A stretch of 64,000 nt of DNA, taken from positions 32,001 through 96,000 of IMG/VR virus record IMGVR_UViG_3300045738_001212. One strand, written 5' to 3'. The position numbers and the translations under genes are program-made. Of this stretch, positions 9,649 through 19,739 are shown in pieces. The number at the start of each line of letters is the position of its first letter. Within the stretch, counting starts at the first letter, position 1. Below the pieces are notes generated by a model. The model saw only the letters and a program-made list of their open reading frames with translations, was not told the origin of the DNA and searched no databases. Origin of the DNA: a virus.

Positions 9649-9915
9649 TTACCACTTCTCCTCTACTTCTACGTGAGTCTTATCGTTCTCTTCGAAGTCG
9701 GTGACTTTCACGTTTACGTTTTCTTTGGTGTTATCTGAAACAGCAGTTATATCAGGAGTGACAACCCCGAGGTCTACGGCCCACTTGCGTGAGACTTTAA
9801 CCACCATGCTGGGGCGAAGAAGCTCGTTCAACTGAGCAAGAGTGATATTGCAAAATGAGTAGGAACCTTTTTTGCGTCCACTACCAACTTTCCTCTTTTT
9901 CTTTTTATCGGCCAT
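9649..9915 (-). CDS. basic hypothetical protein (possible DNA-binding)
   Basis: GSGRKKGSYSF basic N-terminus; leaderless promoter. Confidence 0.55.
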   Translation of the reverse strand: MADKKKKRKVGSGRKKGSYSFCNITLAQLNELLRPSMVVKVSRKWAVDLGVVTPDITAVSDNTKENVNVKVTDFEENDKTHVEVEEKW

Positions 9916-10056
9916 ATAAGAATAATAACCGAAATCTACTCCCCTGTCAAGATTTTTTTAAAGAAAAGAACAAGCATAAAAACAATAATACTAATAAATA
10001 AAAATGAGATGTATGCTATTGTCAACACCCCTATATAGCAGCCCACCACTATCTCT

Positions 10057-10395
10057 TTAAGCGTCCTCATCGAATCTGTATTTCAAGTCATTGTATAGTA
10101 TGCGCGAAAGTGTATTGCCGAACGCTAATACTTGCGTCTCGGTAAGCTCTGGGAAGTAAGCGTGAGCAGTCTCATGGATGACCGTGTTAAGTATCACTTG
10201 ATTGGAGCGATGAGGGTTTATCAAGATGGTCGTAGGCTCTTTTCCTATCACAGGATAGAAGCAGACACCATCGCAATCCTCTCCCCACCTGCGCTTGTCC
10301 GGCTTCCTGAAGACGAATTCATAGGGAACGCCTTTGCAATTTTTAAATTTTAAATAATTTTTCAATTCCACCCCTAAGCTAAAATAGTCTAACAC
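10057..10395 (-). CDS. small HExxH metallopeptidase-like protein
   Basis: NTVIHETAHA; paralogous to 11315-11569. Confidence 0.6.
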   Translation of the reverse strand: MLDYFSLGVELKNYLKFKNCKGVPYEFVFRKPDKRRWGEDCDGVCFYPVIGKEPTTILINPHRSNQVILNTVIHETAHAYFPELTETQVLAFGNTLSRILYNDLKYRFDEDA

Positions 10396-10544
10396 GATAC
10401 AGGATAATCCTGAATAAGTCTAATAAGATAGGATATTCCTAAATAACCCCAAAAAAGACTAAAAGAACACGTCTATATTTTACCATATATTTCGCCTTTT
10501 TGCAAGCATTATTTCAGGCGTTTAGAAAAACTTGGAGCAAAGAA

Positions 10545-10658
10545 AGACCCCCCGCTACAAGAACTTAAGCAGCGGGGGGTCGGGATATCCCCCTGAATCC
10601 CGCTGTGAGGCAGGACTCCAACCAGTTGGGTCAGGAGGTGGTCCGGTGAACCAACTGT
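10545..10658 (-). ncRNA. candidate small RNA with anti-Shine-Dalgarno loop
   Basis: TTAGAA-N17-TATAAT promoter (10665-10693), stem-loop exposing CACCTCCT, GC terminator at 3' end, no ORF. Confidence 0.5.
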
Positions 10659-10694
10659 ATAAGTATTATACGATAGGAGGTGTTTTGTTCTAAT

Positions 10695-10760
10695 GAAAAA
10701 AGCCCCTGACCGAAGTCAGAGGCAGGTGAGATGAATGTCCTAGACTGGAAGTCTTCGGAG
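10695..10760 (-). ncRNA. candidate small RNA
   Basis: TTAGAA-N17-TATAAT promoter (10765-10793), terminator ctgac-ttcg-gtcag plus T-run. Confidence 0.45.
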
Positions 10761-10837
10761 CGATATTATAATTTTAAATTAAATTTATTCTAATTTTTTT
10801 TACTGCTTGATAGCAGCGGTGAATGAATTAAAGAAGT

Positions 10838-11186
10838 TGTTGTAATCCTTTTAATTAGTCAGCACACCAGTGATGTTTTAATCCTCTATATTTGGAATCA
10901 ATAAATTTGCTATTTTTTCTCCCTTTCAGACCGTGTTTTAATCCTCTAATACTTAAATGGAGTCATGTTGTTGTAATCCTCTCACCCTATTACTCTCTGT
11001 GTTTTAATCCTCTATATTTGGAGTCAATAAATTTGCTGTTTTTTTATCGGCGTTTGGTTATGTGTTTTAATCCTCTAATACTTAAATTAAATGGCTTTCA
11101 GGGCGATGTTTTAATCCTCACAAAATACATTCCCGAGCTTCATGTGTTTTAATCCTCGTGCTTAAAGCGGCGAATGTTGTAATCCA
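10838..11186 (-). CRISPR. degenerate CRISPR-like array A, 9 repeats
   Basis: TGTT(G/T)TAATCCTC at 10838, 10874, 10934, 10969, 11000, 11063, 11107, 11145, 11175; two carry a 37-nt long form TGTTTTAATCCTCTATATTTGGARTCAATAAATTTGC; unique intervening sequences. Confidence 0.8.
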
Positions 11187-11194
11187 CTACAAGA

Positions 11195-11223
11195 AGTATA
11201 CCACCAGCCTTATTTCGAGTCAA
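11195..11223 (-). promoter_or_regulatory. sigma70 promoter driving array A
   Basis: TTGACT-N17-TATACT, ~9 nt upstream of first repeat. Confidence 0.75.
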
Positions 11224-11314
11224 GAAGATTTATGGGGAAAAATTAATTAATATATTTAAACTTTTTAAAATTTGCGGGGGCCAGATTTGTTTTGACTTTG
11301 TATCAGATTTATGA

Positions 11315-11569
11315 TTACCTTTTCATACGTCGATAGTTCTTCGCCCAAATGACATTGCACATTTCAGTTGCAGTTTGATCTATTCTGGTTTCAGGCCAAG
11401 CAGGATTATAGATGTGGAGCATTTCATGAATAAGAGTATTTAAATATTGTTTAGATTTTAATCTGCCATCTATTTCAATTTTATTTTCTCCTACCCACGC
11501 TAAACCTAGAGCCTTCTCCCTACCGAGAGGCCGCTCTACTACTTCAATTTTAGTCTTTCTTCTAGGCAT
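11315..11569 (-). CDS. small HExxH metallopeptidase-like protein
   Basis: NTLIHEMLH; GTGTAATT motif upstream of ATG. Confidence 0.65.
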   Translation of the reverse strand: MPRRKTKIEVVERPLGREKALGLAWVGENKIEIDGRLKSKQYLNTLIHEMLHIYNPAWPETRIDQTATEMCNVIWAKNYRRMKR

Positions 11570-12405
11570 ATGGGTAATTACACAATGCTACCAACTTTAT
11601 TATAGGTATATTTTGGAGAATATATAAAAAGCGGTCACCCATTTTTTTAAATTTTAATAAACAAATTAACCACTCTCTTCTTTGTATACTATGCCCTTTA
11701 GACCTCTTTTACTAGGTTTTCGGGGGGAAAGTGGGGCAAAGGTGTAGGTTTCTGTGGAGTAGGGGGATTGTAGGCAAGTAGTAGGACAGCGTAAACCAAA
11801 CAAAAGCCTTTTGCAATGCAAATAAACAAAAAAATGCGTTGGACGAAACAATTACAGGCAATGTTGTCTAAATCATCCCTCCTGCTTAACCCCTATCAAG
11901 ACGAGAAGCATCTCAATAGTAACAGGCATTGTTTCTGAGTCCGATGCCAACGCTCACCGTCGATTAGTTAGGGATAATAGTTGCGACAAAAAGTTATTTA
12001 ACCAACAAGGCTACTTCCCCCCAATTTACCTTACAAGAACCCTGCACCATCTCATCGACAATGGTATGGCAGTCTCCTATCCCTTCGCATTCACAACCGC
12101 TTTGCTGGACTAGCTCCGCTGCGTATTCGATGTTATTAGCCTTCACGGCTATCGTGCCTTTCACGACCCAAGTAACAGGTACTTCGTATTTCATTTCGTT
12201 TGGCCTAATGTCTTTTATCCTTATCATTAATCTATATGTGGCGCACCTAGTAACGCCCAGCATATTCTAAACCCAAGGAAGCATATCACTATTATAACTA
12301 TATCACCAATCATGTTTATCCTTTCTTTTGTTGTTGTCTTCGTCCGTACTGATGCCATAAATCTCCGATTTTGCGTTTTGCCCATTCGCTCTTGCCAACT
12401 AGTTG

Positions 12406-12804
12406 TGTTGTAGTCCTCTTAGTCCTCTTTCGCTCGATAAACTCTTTAAACTCTTTAAGGCGTAGCCGCGATGGTACATTAGCATCACCGTTCTTGACGA
12501 TGTTAGCCATGCGATTGTACAGTTCGTCTAGTATCTCTTTATCAGTCATTTCATTATAGGAAGCATTGTTGTAATCCTCATTTTACCGTTTTTTTTGCTG
12601 AGTCCTTCTTTGTTGAGTGCTATGTTCCAAAATGGAACTAACCTCTTCCTCGGCAAGTTGTTTGGGTATGTGTTAGGTGTCGTAATCCTCTTGTCGTGTG
12701 TTGTGCGTGTCAGTGTCTTTTCTTGTTGTAATCCTCTCAAATCCATCGGGTTGGTATGTGCCGCAATCCTCATGTACTCAGGGAGCTTTTTTGTTGTAGT
12801 CCTC
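12406..12804 (-). CRISPR. degenerate CRISPR-like array B, ~6 repeats
   Basis: core repeat at 12406, 12567, 12678, 12724, 12759, 12792; irregular spacing. Confidence 0.6.
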
Positions 12805-14250
12805 TCCCTTGTAATCTTCGGCGGTAACGCTCTTGTACGCAAGGTTATTCGCCTCTTCCCTGTGCAACAGGTCATACATCTTTGGACTCTCACTGGTGGC
12901 GCAGCCGCCAGCAAACAATAATATCAATATAATAATAACTTTCATTTTAATTTAGCTCGGCCTATGGCCTGAATCTGTCTCTTTAAGGTGTTTTCCCCAA
13001 GCTTCCATTTGCTGCTCTTCAGTTAATTCAAAGACGGCGGCGATCATTCGCCTCTCGTCACTCAAGCTCGACTTATCTTTAAAATACTCTTCTCTCCATT
13101 TTAGCCACTCTTCGTAGTTCATTTTCTCACTTGTGCTTTTGTTTTCCACCTGCGGTGAATTCATTTTTCCCCTCCACAATGTCTGGCCTCTCCCTTTCAA
13201 TCATGTCTATGATGTCTTGGCAACGGTCAAAGTATTGGTCTATGCTAAAAGTCGATGACCTTGGCGAATTGGGGCATCTATCGTAGATTGCTTGCAATAG
13301 TTCGTAATTTCTCATCGCTCTATCCTTTCAAAGTGCTTGTCTACAATGTCGAGTAAATCAACCTCTATTCCCCTGACGTACTCAAAATCAGCCATCGGCA
13401 AGTCGCTCAAAAGAGTAGCGAAATACTTTTCAACATCTTCGTGAATGTCTGCCTTAACGTCTAGTATTTTGTATCCCATTATGCGTCCTCCCCGTAAAAG
13501 ACTTTCCATTCGCTGTCGAATACCTCATTGTCGTAGTGGGCTAGACCCTCTTCTATCTTGTCCACCGCGAACTCGTACAGGTCTTTGTCGTCCCATGAGT
13601 CAACCATGTCTCGCGCCAACTTCTCCCTGTTCTCATCATTGTTGGTGATGAGTTGGCCTCCGTTTGGTAATTGTAGTTTCCACATATTGTTATCCTTTCT
13701 TAATTTAGTTCGTGTTGAAAACATTCTAGTTCCCCGCCATTTTTCATCTTGAGTACATAGATTCGGTGCTTACCCCTCCTGCCATGCTTATCAATTACCG
13801 TCCCGTATCCTGAGCATATGCCTTCGTCGGGGTCTTTCCAGTACACTTCGTCTCCAATTTCAAATACCATTAGTCTTCCTCCCTCATTACGTCATTCCTG
13901 TAATCTTGCATTTGGAAAACTGCCTCCATGACTGCATCATGGCATTTTTCATCGTCAGCTTCTAGTGCTTCAGCAGAATAATTTCTCGCTGTTTCCAATA
14001 GTATGCCCATTGCTTCTCTATTAGTCATAATTTTACCTTTCTTTTTTAAATAATTTTTTAATGCTGCTTCCGCCTCATAGAAGGTGGAACTATCCGTGTT
14101 GTTGTGCTTCATTCCTCCCTCATTAGATCATTTGAGTAGTCTTGCAGTTGATCAATCGCTTCGAGAATTTCTTCTTCTTCTTCGTAATCGTCTGCGTGAC
14201 GATTCGCTATCTTCAATACCAACTCCATTGCTTCTTTGTCGCTCATGCTT

Positions 14251-14649
14251 TTACCTTTCTTTTTGCGCTTCATTCTTCTCGCGCTTTTTTATATCTCTTT
14301 GGTTATATCTTGTCTGCGCTTCGGATGGCATATCTTTTTTGACTGCCGCGACTGCCGCTTCGCCTTCCTCATCTGTCGGCCAAGGGTAACCGCGCCCAAT
14401 TTTTCTTTTACTTTTTTTCTCCACCAAGGCGGGACTTTTGACAGGCGGCAAATCTCCCTCTTCGTAGGTATCAAAGCCCGATATGGCCTCCATATACTCC
14501 TGCTCCGTAAAAAGCTCTCTAATGCGCTTCTGGAGGGCATTAATGACCATCTGCTTCTCGTTCTTAAGGCAGTCGTACCAATCCTCGTACTCACTATTGG
14601 GAACTGCGAACGCTATATCCATTGCGTGATTGTATTTCTTTTCTTTCAC
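14251..14649 (-). CDS. hypothetical protein
   Basis: 132-aa ORF. Confidence 0.55.
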   Translation of the reverse strand: MKEKKYNHAMDIAFAVPNSEYEDWYDCLKNEKQMVINALQKRIRELFTEQEYMEAISGFDTYEEGDLPPVKSPALVEKKSKRKIGRGYPWPTDEEGEAAVAAVKKDMPSEAQTRYNQRDIKKREKNEAQKER

Positions 14650-14678
14650 TGTTTACCTTTCTTGTTGTTGTCTCCTAG

Positions 14679-14726
14679 TGTTTTAATCCTCTTATACTTA
14701 TGATCTGCTGTTATGTTTTAATCCTC
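14679..14726 (-). CRISPR. two-repeat mini-array C
   Basis: TGTTTTAATCCTC at 14679 (with TTATACTTA extension) and 14714. Confidence 0.6.
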
Positions 14727-15046
14727 TGTCTTCGCCTGTTAAAACCCATCGTATGTACTCATACATTAGCTTGCTAAAGCTGATGCCGTTACAACTTACT
14801 CGGCTTACTCGATTTTTAAAAAATTTAAATTCACCGTGCTTCATTATACATCCCACTCATTCATTGCCTCTTCCAACACTTGCTCAAAGCTTTTACTATG
14901 CGCGTTTGCTTCTGCTGCTGCGTTTAGCGCACTCCACATCACCTCCGCTTCAAGCCCCCAAGGACGAGCCGCTGCAAGAGCCTGTTCGACTAATTGAATC
15001 TTTGATGGCCTTGGGTTGGTTGAGTCTATGTCTTTGAGTTTCATGT

Positions 15047-15454
15047 TTATTCTGCCGCCCATCCTGCGAAAAGATAAAGGTCATCTCCATCTATGTCGCC
15101 GCATTTAGCGGCCCAAACTTTTTCCCACTTCTCGGTATTGTCCCACGCTTCTTCTTCCCAATCCGCGACACATTTTTTACACCATTCGTCCTCAGTCATA
15201 TCCTTAAAGTGCTTATCAATTTGCTTGAAACCGAAACCATTCCCTACGTTGACTGTAAACTTGACAGACCCTTCGCGCTCGCGAGCAAGAAGTCCCTCAA
15301 GCTCTTTAGTCCTATCCAAATAGCCGCTGGTAGTTGAAATGGTTCCGTTATAGCCATTACTCCCGTGCTGGCTCGTAGCGTAAGTTACAGCGGTGTCATA
15401 AGCTTCTCTCATCGTTTCTCCTACTGCTCTGTCTGATAGGTTATGCGCTCCCAT
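15047..15454 (-). CDS. hypothetical phage protein
   Basis: 135 aa, HGxxGYNGTIST motif and C-terminal YLFAGWA. Confidence 0.65.
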   Translation of the reverse strand: MGAHNLSDRAVGETMREAYDTAVTYATSQHGSNGYNGTISTTSGYLDRTKELEGLLAREREGSVKFTVNVGNGFGFKQIDKHFKDMTEDEWCKKCVADWEEEAWDNTEKWEKVWAAKCGDIDGDDLYLFAGWAAE

Positions 15455-16855
15455 TTTATTCTCTTTCTTCTAAGGGTTGACTGTTTTTAATTCTCTCCGC
15501 TTGTAGTTGTAGCCACAACTTTGCTTCTTCACCGGACTTGAAAGGCCCGAAATCATCTATGTACCAAGTGGTGTTGTCTTCAGCACTAGTGAACTTACTA
15601 AATGTAAGGTCGTCGGTACTCATTCTTTTGGTTCCAGCATCATTGCCATATCCTTAATCCACTTCATCGCTTCGTCTCTTGACTCGAAATTGGCAGGAAA
15701 GATATATTGTACCTCATTATCTCCCCACACCCATTGGCCCACCACCCACTTCTCTTTGCCATTGGGCCACTTGCCAAACTTGAATGCTTTAACATATTTT
15801 TCTAATACTTCCATAATGCTCCCTCCTTTAATCCTTCCATTAGGTGATCTTCCTTTACCCGCATCTGTTCAGTTGAATCATACTCATTCTCAAAATCATC
15901 TGACTCATTGACAACTTCCCAACTGTCCTTGTCCTTCTCATAGTAGATTGCTATGTTCTGGTGAAGGAATCCTCGTTGAAGGTAGCCCTCGAAATGTTCC
16001 ATGCCATCTGACCCAATATCGGCTAACTCTTTTAAGTGTTCGATAGATTTTACTTTTAATCCTCTCATAATTTATCCTTGCGCTAATAATACCATTGATT
16101 TAATCCATACCAGTCCAAACAATGAGGTAATGAGATATTGTGTGCGTAGTTTCATTTAATCCTCCTAGCTTTCACTTCAAGGATTTCGTACCCCATTGCC
16201 GCCGCTTGGTGTTTATAAGCCTCGTAGACTGCCTCTACGCTCCTAAACGCCCCCTTCGTTAACGTCCACAAGGGGTTGTCACACCTTACGGGTTCGCTAT
16301 ACTTAATGTGCATCCAATACTGTTTCATAATCTAATCCTCCATTTGTGATTTTGTTTTCCATTTTAGGAGAGGACAACAATTTTAATCTGCGGTTCGGAC
16401 AGGCCAACTTTCTTTTCTAGTTTGGCAAGACCCTTGCGATACTGTTCTTCGTCCATCCATGTGAAATGTGTAAACTCGGTCGGAATTTTTGATTTTGTTT
16501 TGTTTTCTAGTTTTGCTTTCATTTTGCACCTCCTATGACTACTGGAGGTCTTTCCCGAAATTCATCTATGTAAACGTCGAGTCCTTCTGAACAAAATTCG
16601 TGGACGTAACTCCAATCCATCTTGTCGTTTATGCGCCGTGCAGCCCACTCCCACTCTTCGTCTGTCCATTCAGACTTGCCAGTGTCCTCGTTAGGTTGAC
16701 CGTGGCCAAACATATCCTTTGTCCACCAAGCAATGACTATGCTTTCTTCTGGGTCTAGGTCGCTGAGATATTTAATTGCTTCTTTCGCTGTCACGCGGAT
16801 TTACCTTTCTTCTCTTGGGATTAAAAAAATTACCTTTCTTATCCCTGTGGGTTTA

Positions 16856-17104
16856 TTACCTTGTTCGCCAAACCCGACTAGTCTCATCATTTACCTTGCG
16901 GATGGTGACGCCGAACTCGTCTAAGGTTTTGGACTGTTGATACTTTGCAGCGGAGTAACAGTTCCCTCTTAACTCCGAGTCAAACTCAAACGATTCTCCG
17001 ACTTGTAAAGCCGAAACCGCTTTCGCTATGCTGCTAGTATGTGTTTCTGGCATTGGTATGCCCCTCTGTACTTGGTACTTGTCTAGTTGTTTCATAACAT
17101 TCAT
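16856..17104 (-). CDS. small putative DNA-binding protein
   Basis: GIPMP...LQVGESF...RVWRT pattern. Confidence 0.5.
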   Translation of the reverse strand: MNVMKQLDKYQVQRGIPMPETHTSSIAKAVSALQVGESFEFDSELRGNCYSAAKYQQSKTLDEFGVTIRKVNDETSRVWRTR

Positions 17105-17185
17105 AATAATTTTTTAAAATTTTAAGTTGTAGAGGACACCGAGAGAAGGAGGTAGAAGACTCTCGATGTCCTCTGTTGGGCAACC

Positions 17186-17971
17186 CTATTCTTGGGCTGA
17201 AATCTCTCCCGTCTCGTAATCGTACTCGCCTTCAAAGTAGGTATCTACCACTGGCTCATCCAAAGCCCTTGAGAACACTCCTACGACCTTGTAAGTAGTT
17301 GTCCTGAGTTTCTGACAATCGCAATCCTTCGGGACGCTCACAACGTCAGCGGGATCAATCTCAACTATCACAACATTACTTTGATCGCCACCGAAACTTT
17401 GTGCGTACTCCAAGCTACCCGCATGGAATCCATAAGAACAACCAATGTCGGAATCATCGCAAACAGCGTTGCGAGTCATGGAGTTTACGTCTCCGACCTT
17501 GTTGGAGAATTTACCAGAGTAATGGTCAGTCCAACTACGATTAACGCTCTTGTAGGCAAGGAACTTGCCGTCTGGCGTGAAGGGCATATTCTTGTGCTTC
17601 AAGAATGTGTACAACTCGTTTACCGAGCGGCGTGATGGGTTCACCATCAGACGGTCAAGGAAACGCATGAGTGGTTTGAAATTGCCCTGTATTTGAACGA
17701 GGTCAAGAATACGCTTTGCAATCACGTTGTCGATTTTCTCATCCTTATAACGTAGGATACCAGCGATAAAGTGAATGTTTCCTTCGGAGTGTTTGAGAAT
17801 TGTTGCGGGTATGTCCATAGCCCTGCGAACATTCTCCCAATCTTCCGCCGCAATCGCAGCGCGAGCGGCTTTCCAGTTTGGGTGGTCACTGTTTATCACA
17901 AACATACGATCATCTAGATGTACCGTGAGTGAGTCAGGGGTAAGCACATATTGTTTATCGGCCATTAACAT
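17186..17971 (-). CDS. rIIB: rIIB-like protein
   Basis: FLAYKSV, GFHAGSLEYA, VEIDPADVVSVP motifs; downstream of rIIA-like gene. Confidence 0.8.
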   Translation of the reverse strand: MLMADKQYVLTPDSLTVHLDDRMFVINSDHPNWKAARAAIAAEDWENVRRAMDIPATILKHSEGNIHFIAGILRYKDEKIDNVIAKRILDLVQIQGNFKPLMRFLDRLMVNPSRRSVNELYTFLKHKNMPFTPDGKFLAYKSVNRSWTDHYSGKFSNKVGDVNSMTRNAVCDDSDIGCSYGFHAGSLEYAQSFGGDQSNVVIVEIDPADVVSVPKDCDCQKLRTTTYKVVGVFSRALDEPVVDTYFEGEYDYETGEISAQE

Positions 17972-18308
17972 AATTTAATCCTCCTTGATTTCCCAATTTT
18001 TGAGTTCTGGTTTTAGTTTAATATCGGTTCCAACTTTGCCGTCAAAACTGTCATACACGACCCAACCGATATGCTTTCTGTTTATCTCAGTTCCGTGAGC
18101 GAGAACCTCGCCAAAACTTTCGATATCAAAGTCGCTTGAATCCTTTTCGTTATTCCCCCATGCGAGTCCCACTAGAGTGCAATCATCTCCGATTGGCTTA
18201 GTGAAGCAAATCTCAGCGGTTGGGGGTTTAACTTTCATCTATAAGAAGTATAACTCTAATCCATTCTGAAGTCAAGGATTTTTTTTAACTTTCTGAGAGT
18301 CGTACTCG

Positions 18309-19085
18309 TCAGAACCCCAAGACGCTGAAGAACCCCTCACAATATGGATTTCTCTTCTTCTCTTCTTCCACGTACAACTTGGACAGATCATTGACAGAAA
18401 CCGAACTCTCTCCCCCGCATTGGAAAAGTGTTAGATTTTTATATCGCCGCATAAAATCTAAGATTCTTTCAAAGCCCCCTCTCTTTTGAGAAAGCCAAGG
18501 CGTATGAATCTCTACGTAGATTGGAACCTGCAAGTCTCCAGCGTTCTCGATGATGACATCCTCCATGCCTTCCACGTCAATTTTTAAAAAATTTAAATCG
18601 TTAATTCTTTCGCTCTCGATAAGGGAAGGTAAGGAAATTGATTCGGCCTCGAAAGAGTTTGCTTCGTCAGCGAAAAAAGCAGCAGTCCTACTTGAACCCA
18701 AGGCTGGACAAGTGTTCGGGCAACCTAGTTTAATGCTCTCAGAATCGCCTCCTAGAGCCTTTGGTAGCAGCTTGACATTTGATATGCCATTTATGTGGAT
18801 GTTCTTGCCTGTGATCCTCAGAGCTTCTGAATCCGGCTCAACTGCGTAAACTGTCTTCGCAAGTTCCGCTCCGTACAAAACAGTCTGCCCCAAGTGGACA
18901 CCCGCATCTATGTAAGAGTGATCCTTATCCAGAAAAGACTCTAACACTTTATAAGTATGGCTCTCCCAATCATCCCAAGCCCAGAAGTTTGGGATAGATG
19001 GAGTCTCGTTCTCGTAAACAAAAAAACGAACGCCCCTGCGTTTTACTTCTGTCAGGGAGTTCGTTCTGTATGGGTCTTCACTCAC
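18309..19085 (-). CDS. FkbM-family SAM methyltransferase
   Basis: IDAGVHLG, AVEPD, FLKIDVEGME; likely GTG start overlapping upstream TGA. Confidence 0.8.
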   Translation of the reverse strand: MSEDPYRTNSLTEVKRRGVRFFVYENETPSIPNFWAWDDWESHTYKVLESFLDKDHSYIDAGVHLGQTVLYGAELAKTVYAVEPDSEALRITGKNIHINGISNVKLLPKALGGDSESIKLGCPNTCPALGSSRTAAFFADEANSFEAESISLPSLIESERINDLNFLKIDVEGMEDVIIENAGDLQVPIYVEIHTPWLSQKRGGFERILDFMRRYKNLTLFQCGGESSVSVNDLSKLYVEEEKKRNPYCEGFFSVLGF

Positions 19086-19317
19086 TTTTTCTTTTTGGTT
19101 TTCTTCGCCTCCTTGGCGGCTGTTTCGTACTTTATATTCTCTCGCAGTTCTGACTTGGGGCAGTATGCCCAACCATCGCTAAGTAAATTTCTTAATTGCT
19201 TAAATGATTCTTGGTACTTGCCTTCTGAGTCTGCCTCTTTGGCGATTTCTCTCATGGTGAACCATTGGTTTGGCAGCGGTGATATTTTGGTATACTTTTT
19301 TCCTTTTTTTAGTGTTT

Positions 19318-19617
19318 TCATAAAGCCTCTAAATACTCTAACTCCTTTTCTACGTCTTCTGGTTTAAGCCATCCCTTCACTTGGTCATGCCAAGCTTCAA
19401 TTTCCATCATCTTTTCACCGCCAGCATAGAACGCCCCCATTTCAAACAACCCTTTTTCGTGACCATAAGATGATCCATGCCTCACCACTGATACTTCAAT
19501 CCCATTGGAAAGAGCCGTGTACGCTTGGCAGGGATCAGCAAGCCATCCACCCTCTACCTTGTAGGACTTCCCGTATGCCTCGTCCATCGCTTCAAATTCT
19601 AGATTGTCAAATTTCAT
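19318..19617 (-). CDS. hypothetical phage protein
   Basis: SVVRHGSSYG...GLFE motif. Confidence 0.6.
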   Translation of the reverse strand: MKFDNLEFEAMDEAYGKSYKVEGGWLADPCQAYTALSNGIEVSVVRHGSSYGHEKGLFEMGAFYAGGEKMMEIEAWHDQVKGWLKPEDVEKELEYLEAL

Positions 19618-19739
19618 ATTTTTTTTAAAATTTTAATTGCGTCATCCAACTAAAAGAAGGAGACGGGGGAAGCAACCTACTCGCTCCCCCCGCCTCTAGA
19701 ATGCCCCACCGGAAACCTACTAACGATGAGGCAGATTGT

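Noticed and set aside
12546-12921. ORFs 12546-12914(-) and 12595-12921(+), also 10892-11152(+), 46286-46477(+), 48196-48390(+)
   Set aside because: They are translations of the repeat arrays (recurring RITT/CNPL/VILL), probably not real genes
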